Positions 29,713 to 37,377 of a stretch of DNA of 64,000 bases are shown piece by piece. The DNA lies in IMG/VR virus record IMGVR_UViG_3300025528_000005, positions 69,139-133,138 of that record; one strand, 5' to 3'. The DNA comes from a virus. The number at the start of each line of letters is the position of its first letter. Position 1 is the stretch's first letter. The translations under genes were made by a program, and so were the position numbers. The notes beneath the pieces are model-generated. The model worked only from the letters and a program-made list of their open reading frames with translations, did not search any database and had not been told where the DNA came from.

Positions 29713-29743
29713 AAAGCCTCTGAATGACTCAGAGGCTTTTTTT
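29713..29743 (+). terminator. Intrinsic terminator
   Basis: AAAGCCTCTGA-ATGAC-TCAGAGGCTTTTTTT. Confidence 0.8.
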
Positions 29744-29769
29744 AGCCAGTCAAGCTAAGGCCTTGTTTT

Positions 29770-29779
29770 CGGTATAAGA
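29770..29779 (+). promoter_or_regulatory. Promoter of the E1 gene (CGGTATAAGA)
   Basis: Variant of the recurrent motif. Confidence 0.65.
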
Positions 29780-29818
29780 ACAATGTACAGGCCTGTACAT
29801 TTTCCTTAAGGAGTTTTC

Positions 29819-30919
29819 ATGTTCCGCTTTACACCTCGCACCATTCCTTCGAAGATCTTCGTTATCGGCTGCGGAGGTACGGGATCTCGTCTTGTCCCGC
29901 TTCTGACTCAGTTCATCGCTTCGATCAGCAAAGACAAGAACCCTCGAGGCTGGCTGGATGATCCGACGATCTTTCTCATCGACGATGACGTAGTCGAACA
30001 GAAGAACCTGCAACGTCAGAATTTCGTCATGGCTGACGTCGGCAAGCACAAGGCTTCGGTTCTGGCTCAACGATATGGGCGTGCTTATGGGGTCAATGTA
30101 GTCCCTGTTCTGAAGCGTGTCGTTGGCCTAAATTCTGGGGAGCTGTTCAAGGACGTAACAGGAGATCCGTCGTTCTACAATTCCCTCGTTATTATGTGTG
30201 TAGATACGGCTGATGCTAGACGGGCGATCATCAACATGGTCGACTACAACAGCTCGTCTAAAGATCTTGGCCAAGGAGCCTTCTTTATCGATGCTGGAAA
30301 CGAAGATAACTTCGGGCAAGTCCGCTTCTTCAATCACTCTGCCTGCATTCCTGGAAAAGGCTTGATGGACAGCAAGGATATACCGAAGATGTCTCCTATA
30401 GTCCTTGATCTTCCTGCCATTCCGATAGATATTGATTATTACGAAAATCTCACCGACATGCCTGGTCAAGGAAGTTGCGCGGATCTAGACCAGACTCTGG
30501 CGATCAATGCCATCATGGCGGCGGAGATCATGGGTATCGTGCAAAATTACTATTACTGCAAGCCGATGACCTACTATCAGGTCTCCCTCAGTCTGGATGG
30601 GGCCCGGTCTACGACCTACCTCACGGCCAATGAACTTCTTCGAATTAATAAAACTCAGGCGGTTTCCAGGTATGGAAAGCTTTCTCTATATAACATGTCA
30701 CTGCTGAACGTCGGTAAGTATCTAGAGAGATTCAAGACTGAGACGGAAAAAGCGTTGGCAAAGATGAACGCCACAGTGGTTGCCGAAGAGGCTATTGAAG
30801 ATGTTTCTAAAAAGACCACTGAACCGGCAAAGAGTCGGAGTCGTGAGGCAGAAGTCATAGAGGCGACCTCGATGGAATCTCTACCTTCTGAGGGAGAGAC
30901 TCTTGAGGCTCCTTTCTGA
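29819..30919 (+). CDS. ThiF/E1-like activating enzyme
   Basis: IGCGGTG, IDDDVVE.KNL.RQNF, CVD...R, IDAGN, and candidate active-site Cys in GSCAD. Confidence 0.9.
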   Translation: MFRFTPRTIPSKIFVIGCGGTGSRLVPLLTQFIASISKDKNPRGWLDDPTIFLIDDDVVEQKNLQRQNFVMADVGKHKASVLAQRYGRAYGVNVVPVLKRVVGLNSGELFKDVTGDPSFYNSLVIMCVDTADARRAIINMVDYNSSSKDLGQGAFFIDAGNEDNFGQVRFFNHSACIPGKGLMDSKDIPKMSPIVLDLPAIPIDIDYYENLTDMPGQGSCADLDQTLAINAIMAAEIMGIVQNYYYCKPMTYYQVSLSLDGARSTTYLTANELLRINKTQAVSRYGKLSLYNMSLLNVGKYLERFKTETEKALAKMNATVVAEEAIEDVSKKTTEPAKSRSREAEVIEATSMESLPSEGETLEAPF

Positions 30920-30928
30920 CGGCTAAAT

Positions 30929-30957
30929 AAAAGCCCGGTTCATAGCCGGGCTTTTTT
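30929..30957. terminator. Bidirectional intrinsic terminator
   Basis: AAAAGCCCGG-TTCATAG-CCGGGCTTTTTT. Confidence 0.8.
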
Positions 30958-30976
30958 AGCTTCGCAGGGGATAGGC

Positions 30977-31396
30977 CTAAGTCGTCCGTTCTCGGCTTGC
31001 TTCAGTGAGATTGTCAACGACCGCGAAGGAAGCGAGTTCGGTCCCGTCCTGTCGAAGCATGATCAACGTACCCTCTGCCTTGTTCCATTGCCAGCTGCCC
31101 AAGGCCTCGTCTTCGAGATTCCGAAGGTAGGTATAGATGGACGTTGAGACCACCTCGACCTGAGCCTGGATAGCTCCGTAAGCGTAGAGGGTGTAGGTTC
31201 CCGTCGATTGAGGCGTAAAGGTGAAGTTATAGAGTCCGTGGATTCCGACGTCTGTCACGGTGACCTCTGTCGTGGTGACAACGGCTCCATCCCTGAGTAA
31301 CACCAAGTCTGCCGGACCCTGTTCTCCGGTTTCTCCGGTCGGACTGAGGAGGGTCAGAACGACGGGAGTGTTTGCTTCTACTGTTCGATGAATCAT
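30977..31396 (-). CDS. Hypothetical virion protein (Ig-like)
   Basis: GLYNFTFTP...GTYTLY beta-sandwich pattern; last gene of a late operon. Confidence 0.55.
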   Translation of the reverse strand: MIHRTVEANTPVVLTLLSPTGETGEQGPADLVLLRDGAVVTTTEVTVTDVGIHGLYNFTFTPQSTGTYTLYAYGAIQAQVEVVSTSIYTYLRNLEDEALGSWQWNKAEGTLIMLRQDGTELASFAVVDNLTEASRERTT

Positions 31397-31938
31397 AGGC
31401 TTTCCATGTGCTCGATATAGGTCTTGATTGCCTTCTTCTTAGCCTCGGTATCTGCAGGCGTCTGACCATGTTCGAGCATGGCCTCTGGGACAAAATCGAA
31501 AGGTTCGATCGGTTTCGAATATCCTTCTTGCCGAAGAAGGTAGGCGATTGCTGCAGTGAATGACAGCGGGAAGGTCACTGGTAGATCGTTTGCCTGCCTG
31601 ATCTTCTTCACTTCGGATATGGCAAAGGCCAACTCGAGACTCGTCGGCATAGGTACCGTCTCAAAATCAGCGACGTGATTGTTGATGACCTCAGTAGCAT
31701 GTAGCATGAAAGTGACGTCATCGAAGAACAGGTCAGGCTCTTGCTCGAGAATCTTAAGGACAGTAAGTTTCTCGAGAAGCAGGTCATCCATGATCAAGCC
31801 TAGCTCAATGCTTAGCGTTTCCGGCTCCCAGTCTACCCAGACGCCTTTGCCGAAGAGACGGTCCAGGTTGGCCTTGATATGGGAGATTGGTGCCTGCCCC
31901 ATCGAGGCTTCGGCTTGTTTTAGAAGCAGTTCAGACAT
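31393..31938 (-). CDS. Hypothetical virion protein
   Basis: 181 aa, with an N-terminal LLKQAEA motif. Confidence 0.6.
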   Translation of the reverse strand: MSELLLKQAEASMGQAPISHIKANLDRLFGKGVWVDWEPETLSIELGLIMDDLLLEKLTVLKILEQEPDLFFDDVTFMLHATEVINNHVADFETVPMPTSLELAFAISEVKKIRQANDLPVTFPLSFTAAIAYLLRQEGYSKPIEPFDFVPEAMLEHGQTPADTEAKKKAIKTYIEHMESL

Positions 31939-31952
31939 AGGCGTGCTACTGA

Positions 31953-32393
31953 TTATTCCTCATCGGGATTATCACCGCCAAATAGACGGCCATGGCGAGT
32001 CCGATCGTATCTCCCCGCTCGGCGATGGATATGATCGGCGATACGTTGATCCTTGCCGATACGCCTGTCTTGGTCCTTGTTGTAGCTGTGACCTATGTAA
32101 ACACCTCCCAGCGCCCCAGCGCCTCCACCGATGCCCGTAGCCATAGCGGTACGCTTAACTTTCTGGAGAAAAGGGTTTTTACGACTGGCGACTAAACCTA
32201 CGCCAAGGCCTACGGCTGCTCCTAAGGTGCCAAGCGCCTTAATCGCAGGTCTCGTATTACGCCTATTTTCTTCGTTATAGATACGCTTACGTGCTTCGTC
32301 AGTGGCCGCAAATTCGCCGGTTTCATCATGATAATGAACACCTGGCTCCAGCTCACGCCAGGCGGCTATTTTCTCAAGGTATCTGTTCATCAT
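31953..32393 (-). CDS. Tagged putative internal head protein
   Basis: Starts MMNRYLEKIAA; two Gly/Ala hydrophobic segments. Confidence 0.65.
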   Translation of the reverse strand: MMNRYLEKIAAWRELEPGVHYHDETGEFAATDEARKRIYNEENRRNTRPAIKALGTLGAAVGLGVGLVASRKNPFLQKVKRTAMATGIGGGAGALGGVYIGHSYNKDQDRRIGKDQRIADHIHRRAGRYDRTRHGRLFGGDNPDEE

Positions 32394-32396
32394 GAT

Positions 32397-32708
32397 TTAG
32401 CGATAGAAGATGTTCGGTTTATCACCGACCTTTTTCTTGAAGGTCTCGTTCACGGCAGGATGGCCACTGTTCGGTTGAGCGTGCAGCTTGTTCGCCGTTC
32501 GGACTAGTTTATCATGATCATGGAGCGCACGTTCTCCCCGGGGAAGACTTGATGGCGCACTGACGACACGGCCCTGGTGGTTGAGGAGAACTCCCTTGGT
32601 CCGTTGCAGCCGGTTGGCCGCGGCCATGCCCAGCTGCGCCAAGCGGCTGCCAATGTTTTCAGGGCTGCGGATTAGCGCAGAGGCTTTCTCGAGGTATTTG
32701 TTGGTCAT
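32397..32708 (-). CDS. Tagged putative internal head protein
   Basis: Starts MTNKYLEKASA; basic. Confidence 0.6.
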   Translation of the reverse strand: MTNKYLEKASALIRSPENIGSRLAQLGMAAANRLQRTKGVLLNHQGRVVSAPSSLPRGERALHDHDKLVRTANKLHAQPNSGHPAVNETFKKKVGDKPNIFYR

Positions 32709-32718
32709 AAGTTAAATA

Positions 32719-32952
32719 TTAAATCATCCTCTTAGACTTAAGAAGTCTCTTCTCAACATGTTTATTCAGAAGATTTCGCATAGATCTTTCATAGTACGAA
32801 CTTAGTGTAGACCCTAATCCCGGCCGTAGTTTTTCACCCTGGGTATATAGGACTCTCGCATCATGGGATATAGCTTTATCTACTAACCGTTCCAGAAGGT
32901 TATATTGGTCCCGGTAGGAGTCGGCGATCTTGATCAGATACCTGTTGGTCAT
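32719..32952 (-). CDS. Tagged putative internal head protein
   Basis: Starts MTNRYLIKIAD. Confidence 0.55.
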   Translation of the reverse strand: MTNRYLIKIADSYRDQYNLLERLVDKAISHDARVLYTQGEKLRPGLGSTLSSYYERSMRNLLNKHVEKRLLKSKRMI

Positions 32953-32956
32953 AACC

Positions 32957-33847
32957 TTAGACGTTCTGGATCAGATCGCAGATCAAACGCTGCAAATCAA
33001 GAGGTAGGGTTTCGAGAACCTGCTTAGCGTTCATGGGGCCGGCGTCGATTTCCTTGGCGACGTCTTCCCCGATGTACTGAGCAATTCGGTCGCGTCCGAC
33101 ACGGAGAATGCTTTCGTAAGGAACTTCCTTGCCGCAAAGCTTGACGTTCAGACTGGTGACAACCGCCGCCTCCTTAGTGAGGATCGCTTCACGATAGAAG
33201 TCGAAACCCTTGGCATGCAGGCCGGCCTCCTTGTCCATCTGAGTGACCGTCGAGCAGATATCCTGGATGGTCTCTGACTTCATCGTCAAGGTATCGAGGC
33301 GATTCAGAGCGCTAGCAATCTTGACGAAGTCAGGATTCTTGGTGGCTTGAAAACGGGCTGCCAAAGCCTTTACAGCCGCTTCCTTACTCAAGAACCCATG
33401 TCCGGAATAGCGAAGAACGTTCTCGGACGGTTCAACACCGACGGCTTGGGCTTCCTTATAGAGCTCGGCGGCTCGATCAGCCAGGCGTTGAGGATCGGGA
33501 AAGCCGGTACCTTCGCCGTCAAAGGCAGCTTGTTTAGTCAGGTACTCTGCCTTGAGATCTCGGCCGGCATTGGCTTTGCGTTCGTTCGCCGCTTTCACCA
33601 GCTTGTCTGAGAGGTCGGAAACGACATCCTCGACGCCGTAGAGCCGAACGGCCTTAGCCACTTTCTCGATCGAGAAAACGTCAACAGGCTTGTATTCAAC
33701 AGCCTCGTGGTACTTCAGCTGCAAAGCCGTAGCGATGCAAGAATCTCGGTTGCTGAGAGGCATCTCTTGATCGACGTGAGCCTCCTTCACCAACGGCAGT
33801 GCTTCTGGAACGAGCGTAAGGATTTCCTTAAGAGTATATGCGAGCAT
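32957..33847 (-). CDS. Hypothetical head protein rich in K-x-A motifs
   Basis: VKEAH, TKQAA, YKEAQ, SKEAA, DKEAG and TKEAA repeats. Confidence 0.65.
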   Translation of the reverse strand: MLAYTLKEILTLVPEALPLVKEAHVDQEMPLSNRDSCIATALQLKYHEAVEYKPVDVFSIEKVAKAVRLYGVEDVVSDLSDKLVKAANERKANAGRDLKAEYLTKQAAFDGEGTGFPDPQRLADRAAELYKEAQAVGVEPSENVLRYSGHGFLSKEAAVKALAARFQATKNPDFVKIASALNRLDTLTMKSETIQDICSTVTQMDKEAGLHAKGFDFYREAILTKEAAVVTSLNVKLCGKEVPYESILRVGRDRIAQYIGEDVAKEIDAGPMNAKQVLETLPLDLQRLICDLIQNV

Positions 33848-33858
33848 CTTGATTCCGG

Positions 33859-34479
33859 TTAATTGCTTTGTCCTGTCATCTTGCGTCCGGCAGCGGTGTT
33901 GAATCGAACAGTCTCTTGCATGGCCGTATCCGCAGCAATCGTTTCGCTCTTCTGAGCAATGCGGTCTAGGAACTTGTTAAAAGCCGAGCTATTCTCGGCA
34001 CGTAGGGAATTCTGCAGGTTGCGCTTGGCGAGCGTATGTAAGGCAGCTTCGTCGCTTGGATTCTGAGCAACTGAGAGGAGTTTATCTCGAAGCTCTTTCT
34101 TTTCAGCCTGAGCGTTCAGACGGCGCAAAGCAGACATGCTGAGTGCTGAAACCGCGCCAGCGGTGGCTCCGAGAGCAATCGCTGCGGGAGTCGGTCGACC
34201 TCCAGAGAACAGCTTGGCCGTCGTCTTCGACGCCGTGGCGCCCGTGATGCCTCCGAGGATGCCATGCCAAAGCATGCTCTTTCCCATGCCTCGAAGCTCG
34301 TGTCGACTGAAGCCTGGATGAATGCCGTCGTGAATGGCCTGTGCGTGTCGCTTGATCATATCGATCTTCGACTGCAAAGACAGGCTGTTGAAAATAGGGT
34401 CGTCGAGAATCTGGTGAAGGTCGATTCCTTCGTTGCGATAGAAGTTCAGCAGACTCAGGACAATTTGTTCGTCGTTCAT
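33859..34479 (-). CDS. Hypothetical virion protein with hydrophobic hairpin
   Basis: 206 aa; two Gly/Ala segments; internal NKFLDRIA. Confidence 0.6.
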   Translation of the reverse strand: MNDEQIVLSLLNFYRNEGIDLHQILDDPIFNSLSLQSKIDMIKRHAQAIHDGIHPGFSRHELRGMGKSMLWHGILGGITGATASKTTAKLFSGGRPTPAAIALGATAGAVSALSMSALRRLNAQAEKKELRDKLLSVAQNPSDEAALHTLAKRNLQNSLRAENSSAFNKFLDRIAQKSETIAADTAMQETVRFNTAAGRKMTGQSN

Positions 34480-34501
34480 TAGGTGCGGTTCCTGACCTTG
34501 C

Positions 34502-34508
34502 TATTTTA
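34502..34508 (-). promoter_or_regulatory. Late promoter motif TAAAATA
   Basis: Upstream of the 34479-30977 operon. Confidence 0.6.
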
Positions 34509-35132
34509 ACAGAAAGCTTGCGTCTTCCTGCGGCGAACCGCCTCAAGAACCTTGAGAGGATCGTGAGTCAGTCCTCCGGTAAGCATGGGGTTGATGGAGA
34601 ATTTAGTCTTGACCAATCCGGGGAGAGTGTCGGGTTCCGGAAGGTATCGGCTTTCGATGAAGGCAAAATCCCAGCACCCTCTGACGGCAAAACAGCAAAT
34701 GGCTAGGATATCGAACTCGCCTTTGACCAGGTTAGTGGAGGTGACCTCACCTAGACCATTGACCTTGACCACGCGACGGTCGGTGTTCTTGACAAGGACC
34801 GTACCTTGCCAGGTCCCATTCATCGTGTCCTCCTTGATGGAGCTGGTGGCAACCGATTTCACTTCCATCGTTATCGGGCAACCTCGATAAAGGATCTTGA
34901 GATCACCTCTTTCAACATCTCGGTCGGGGATCTTAACCACCTCTTCAACTCCATCCAGGCCAATCAGCCTCCTGCGCAGCATCATCTCCGCCAGATATCC
35001 CTGCATGTACCCACGCAGAGACGGATTCTCATCCATGAGAGTTTCGATGTCGGACGTAGAAACGCCGGCTAAGATCGACGTTCCAGAGACTGTGTTGGGA
35101 GTGTGGTTGAATTCCTCGAAGCTACTGTCCAT
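34506..35132 (-). CDS. PD-(D/E)xK restriction-endonuclease-like protein
   Basis: G..AE...IPD.D..RGDL......MEVKS catalytic pattern. Confidence 0.6.
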   Translation of the reverse strand: MDSSFEEFNHTPNTVSGTSILAGVSTSDIETLMDENPSLRGYMQGYLAEMMLRRRLIGLDGVEEVVKIPDRDVERGDLKILYRGCPITMEVKSVATSSIKEDTMNGTWQGTVLVKNTDRRVVKVNGLGEVTSTNLVKGEFDILAICCFAVRGCWDFAFIESRYLPEPDTLPGLVKTKFSINPMLTGGLTHDPLKVLEAVRRRKTQAFC

Positions 35133-35378
35133 GCGTTGTTAAAGAGGAAATCGATTCTAAGGCCGTTTTTAGGCCCGTAGAGCGATTTTTATGCCAAGGT
35201 GGCTATCTCGGTATATCTCAGGTCCTTTAAACGCTCCTGAGCTCGATTTGAGGCCTTTCTGACAGCTTGTAGGTCTCCAGGGATTCCGATTGAATATTTG
35301 ACAAGTACGGGAGACGGAGGTTAGCGGTCAAAACGGGCTGTAAAGCCGCGCCAGCCTTGGCGCTTCTACGATTGGTCC

Positions 35379-35385
35379 TATTTTA
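35379..35385 (-). promoter_or_regulatory. Late promoter motif TAAAATA
   Basis: Upstream of the nuclease gene, at the origin edge. Confidence 0.45.
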
Positions 35386-35419
35386 AGGCCTGGTTTACGC
35401 CACGGTCGAGGTGCCGCGA

Positions 35420-35965
35420 GGGCAGGTTCTGTCCAAGTCTGTCCAAAAACGGCAGGACAGGGAGCTTTGCGTTTTTCCTTATAAATCAAGCACTTTCAGA
35501 TTTCGCGTCCAATTTGTCCAATTCTCTCAGAAAAATTGGACACACGAAAACCCTTGTGGATAAAGGGAAAGATAGTGATTTGTCCAAAAATTTGGAATTT
35601 TTAGGGAAACATACATATCACTTTACTTTTGACCCTTAGAACTTGTGAAATCATTCTCCTCTATATATATAAATATAAATATTTTTTAAAACCTCAAATA
35701 TAATAATATATAAAGAGGGCCGTATTTTTTGAATTCTAGTGAGTTGAGCTCATAACAAACCTGATATATGTTTTCCTGAAAAAGGCAAATTTTTGGACAA
35801 ACTGGGACTTTTCCCTTTATTCATGCGGGGTTTCGTGTGTCCAATTTTTCTGAGGGAATTGGACAGCCAGGACAGAACCTGCATTAAGTCCTTGATTTTC
35901 AAGAAGTTTTTGAAATTTAAACTTGGACAGCTTTTTGGACAGTCCAGGACAAACCTGGACAGTCG
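35420..35965. repeat. Probable replication origin: inverted arms with TGTCC/GGACA iterons around an AT-rich core
   Basis: About 14 iteron copies; an imperfect inverted repeat of about 80 bp (35515-35592 vs about 35787-35865); a perfect 13 bp IR at 35422-35434/35870-35882; A/T core at about 35661-35715. Confidence 0.75.
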
Positions 35966-35997
35966 AGGCTTCCAACCTTCTTTCTTCGTAGGTAACC

Positions 35998-36438
35998 ATG
36001 CTAGAAGACCCCTTCATTGGAACCAAAATAGAACTTCTAACTGTTCTAAGCCGAGACTCAGAGCGGTCCTCTGGAACGGCTCTCTACTACCATTGCCGGT
36101 GCATTTGCGGAAACACGAAGTCCTTTCTTAAGCAGCGGTTAACCTCTGGCAGGGTTTACTCCTGCGGGTGTTCCAAGCCGGCACAGAAAAGACGAGTCTT
36201 TGAGCCTGGCTTAAAGCTCGGCCTCTGGACCTTGCTCGAGAAGGATTCCGACAGGTCGAACAAGTCTGTTGTTTACTGGAGGTGCCAGTGCGACTGCGGG
36301 ACCGTCAGATCTGTCTCCTCCCCTAGCCTGAGTGCCGGCCTGTCCCAGTCCTGTGGTTGTCTTCGAAAGTCCGGGAACCGGAAGGTAACCTCGCGGCTCG
36401 GCCGACCTCGAAGCCGCAGTACCGAGAGTCAAGAATAA
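35998..36438 (+). CDS. Cys-rich tandem-repeat protein (DNA-binding module of HNH/AP2 homing endonucleases, no nuclease domain)
   Basis: Two copies of L(T/W)(V/T)L...(Y/W).C.C.CG.....L..G.(S/V).SCGC. Confidence 0.7.
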   Translation: MLEDPFIGTKIELLTVLSRDSERSSGTALYYHCRCICGNTKSFLKQRLTSGRVYSCGCSKPAQKRRVFEPGLKLGLWTLLEKDSDRSNKSVVYWRCQCDCGTVRSVSSPSLSAGLSQSCGCLRKSGNRKVTSRLGRPRSRSTESQE

Positions 36439-36447
36439 TGAACTTTC

Positions 36448-36457
36448 TGGTATAAGA
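36448..36457 (+). promoter_or_regulatory. Promoter of the RT unit (TGGTATAAGA)
   Basis: Recurrent motif. Confidence 0.7.
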
Positions 36458-36459
36458 GG

Positions 36460-36550
36460 ATTGCAGCGAGGCCTTCGCTGTAAAGGTGCTCCCCTGTCGT
36501 GAAACAGTGTAGTATTCGCCGCAAGGCAAAATGTGTTGTATCATAGGGGA
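36460..36550 (+). ncRNA. Candidate RT-associated structured RNA, 5' part
   Basis: Hairpin TGCAGCGAG-GCC-TTCGCTGTA, GCC-GCAA-GGC GNRA hairpin, and segments complementary to 38241-38300. Confidence 0.45.
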
Positions 36551-36559
36551 ATAGCTTAC

Positions 36560-36688
36560 ATGCATCGTTTGATCGCTATTCTTCGTCTCACCCAAAAGGT
36601 TCTGACGTTGGCTGCACGGATCGTTGCCGTGGCGCTAGTCGTCGTGAGCCAATATGTTGGGCTAGACGAATCTAAAGCTACTGCTTAA
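36560..36688 (+). CDS. 42 aa hydrophobic peptide (not in the ORF track)
   Basis: AGGGGA RBS; MHRLIAILRLTQKVLTLAARIVAVALVVVSQYVGLDESKATA. Confidence 0.45.
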   Translation: MHRLIAILRLTQKVLTLAARIVAVALVVVSQYVGLDESKATA

Positions 36689-36756
36689 TCGCTCTTTTTT
36701 CGTTTAGCTCTGTTAGCAACCGCGGTTAGTAACTGACCGCTTCATCGAGGTTCAAG

Positions 36757-37377
36757 ATGGAAAGTCTGACAACCTCGGCAAGGAATGTGCCGAAGATGTC
36801 TACTCCAACTCTGGAGGTTCGAAGGAACTACTACGTCATTCCGGATGGTCAAAGATACCACTACTTCCCTATCACGGTATCTGACGACCGTGAACGACCG
36901 TTTATAAGGTTCTCTAAGGCTCCTCCCGTCCTTATGGAGGGTATCGCCATCATAGGAGAACCCAGGTCCCGGAGAGCGCCTCGTCTGTATCACGTCCCTT
37001 TGCAGGACCTGATGCGTGGCCTCATTCGTAAATCCAGAGAGATCAAACCTGCTAATCGAGTAGCGACCAATGGAAGTACAGGAAACCCAACAGACCACAA
37101 CTCCTCAGACGGTTCAGACCAGGCGACAACTTCGACTGGCGGAGAATGTGCCGATAGAACCGTTCAACGTGTCGACCAACAGCGAGCTGGCGACCTTATT
37201 GAAATGGAAGTCTGCGAAGCTGCTGACCTTGCTTGGACGGAACAAATCGACGCACTACTCCACCATCTATCTGAAAAAGAAGGGGAAGAGTGGGAAATTG
37301 CGGATCCTGCACAATCCAGACAGGTTGATGAGAGCAGTGCAATACAGGATCTTGAAAGAGATTCTGGAGAAAGTTGA
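36757..37377 (+). CDS. Hypothetical protein overlapping the RT 5' end (or structured RNA)
   Basis: GAGG RBS and a plausible first 100 aa; the last 308 nt overlap the RT in another frame. Confidence 0.4.
   Translation: MESLTTSARNVPKMSTPTLEVRRNYYVIPDGQRYHYFPITVSDDRERPFIRFSKAPPVLMEGIAIIGEPRSRRAPRLYHVPLQDLMRGLIRKSREIKPANRVATNGSTGNPTDHNSSDGSDQATTSTGGECADRTVQRVDQQRAGDLIEMEVCEAADLAWTEQIDALLHHLSEKEGEEWEIADPAQSRQVDESSAIQDLERDSGES

Noticed and set aside
35420-35965. CRISPR array or MITE
   Set aside because: The repeats are 5-7 bp iterons in inverted arrangement, with no spacers, cas genes, transposase or target-site duplication.
35793-36131. ORFs overlapping the origin's right arm (also 35817..36026 on the minus strand)
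   Set aside because: They lie in repeat-rich non-coding DNA and have no RBS or protein-like composition.
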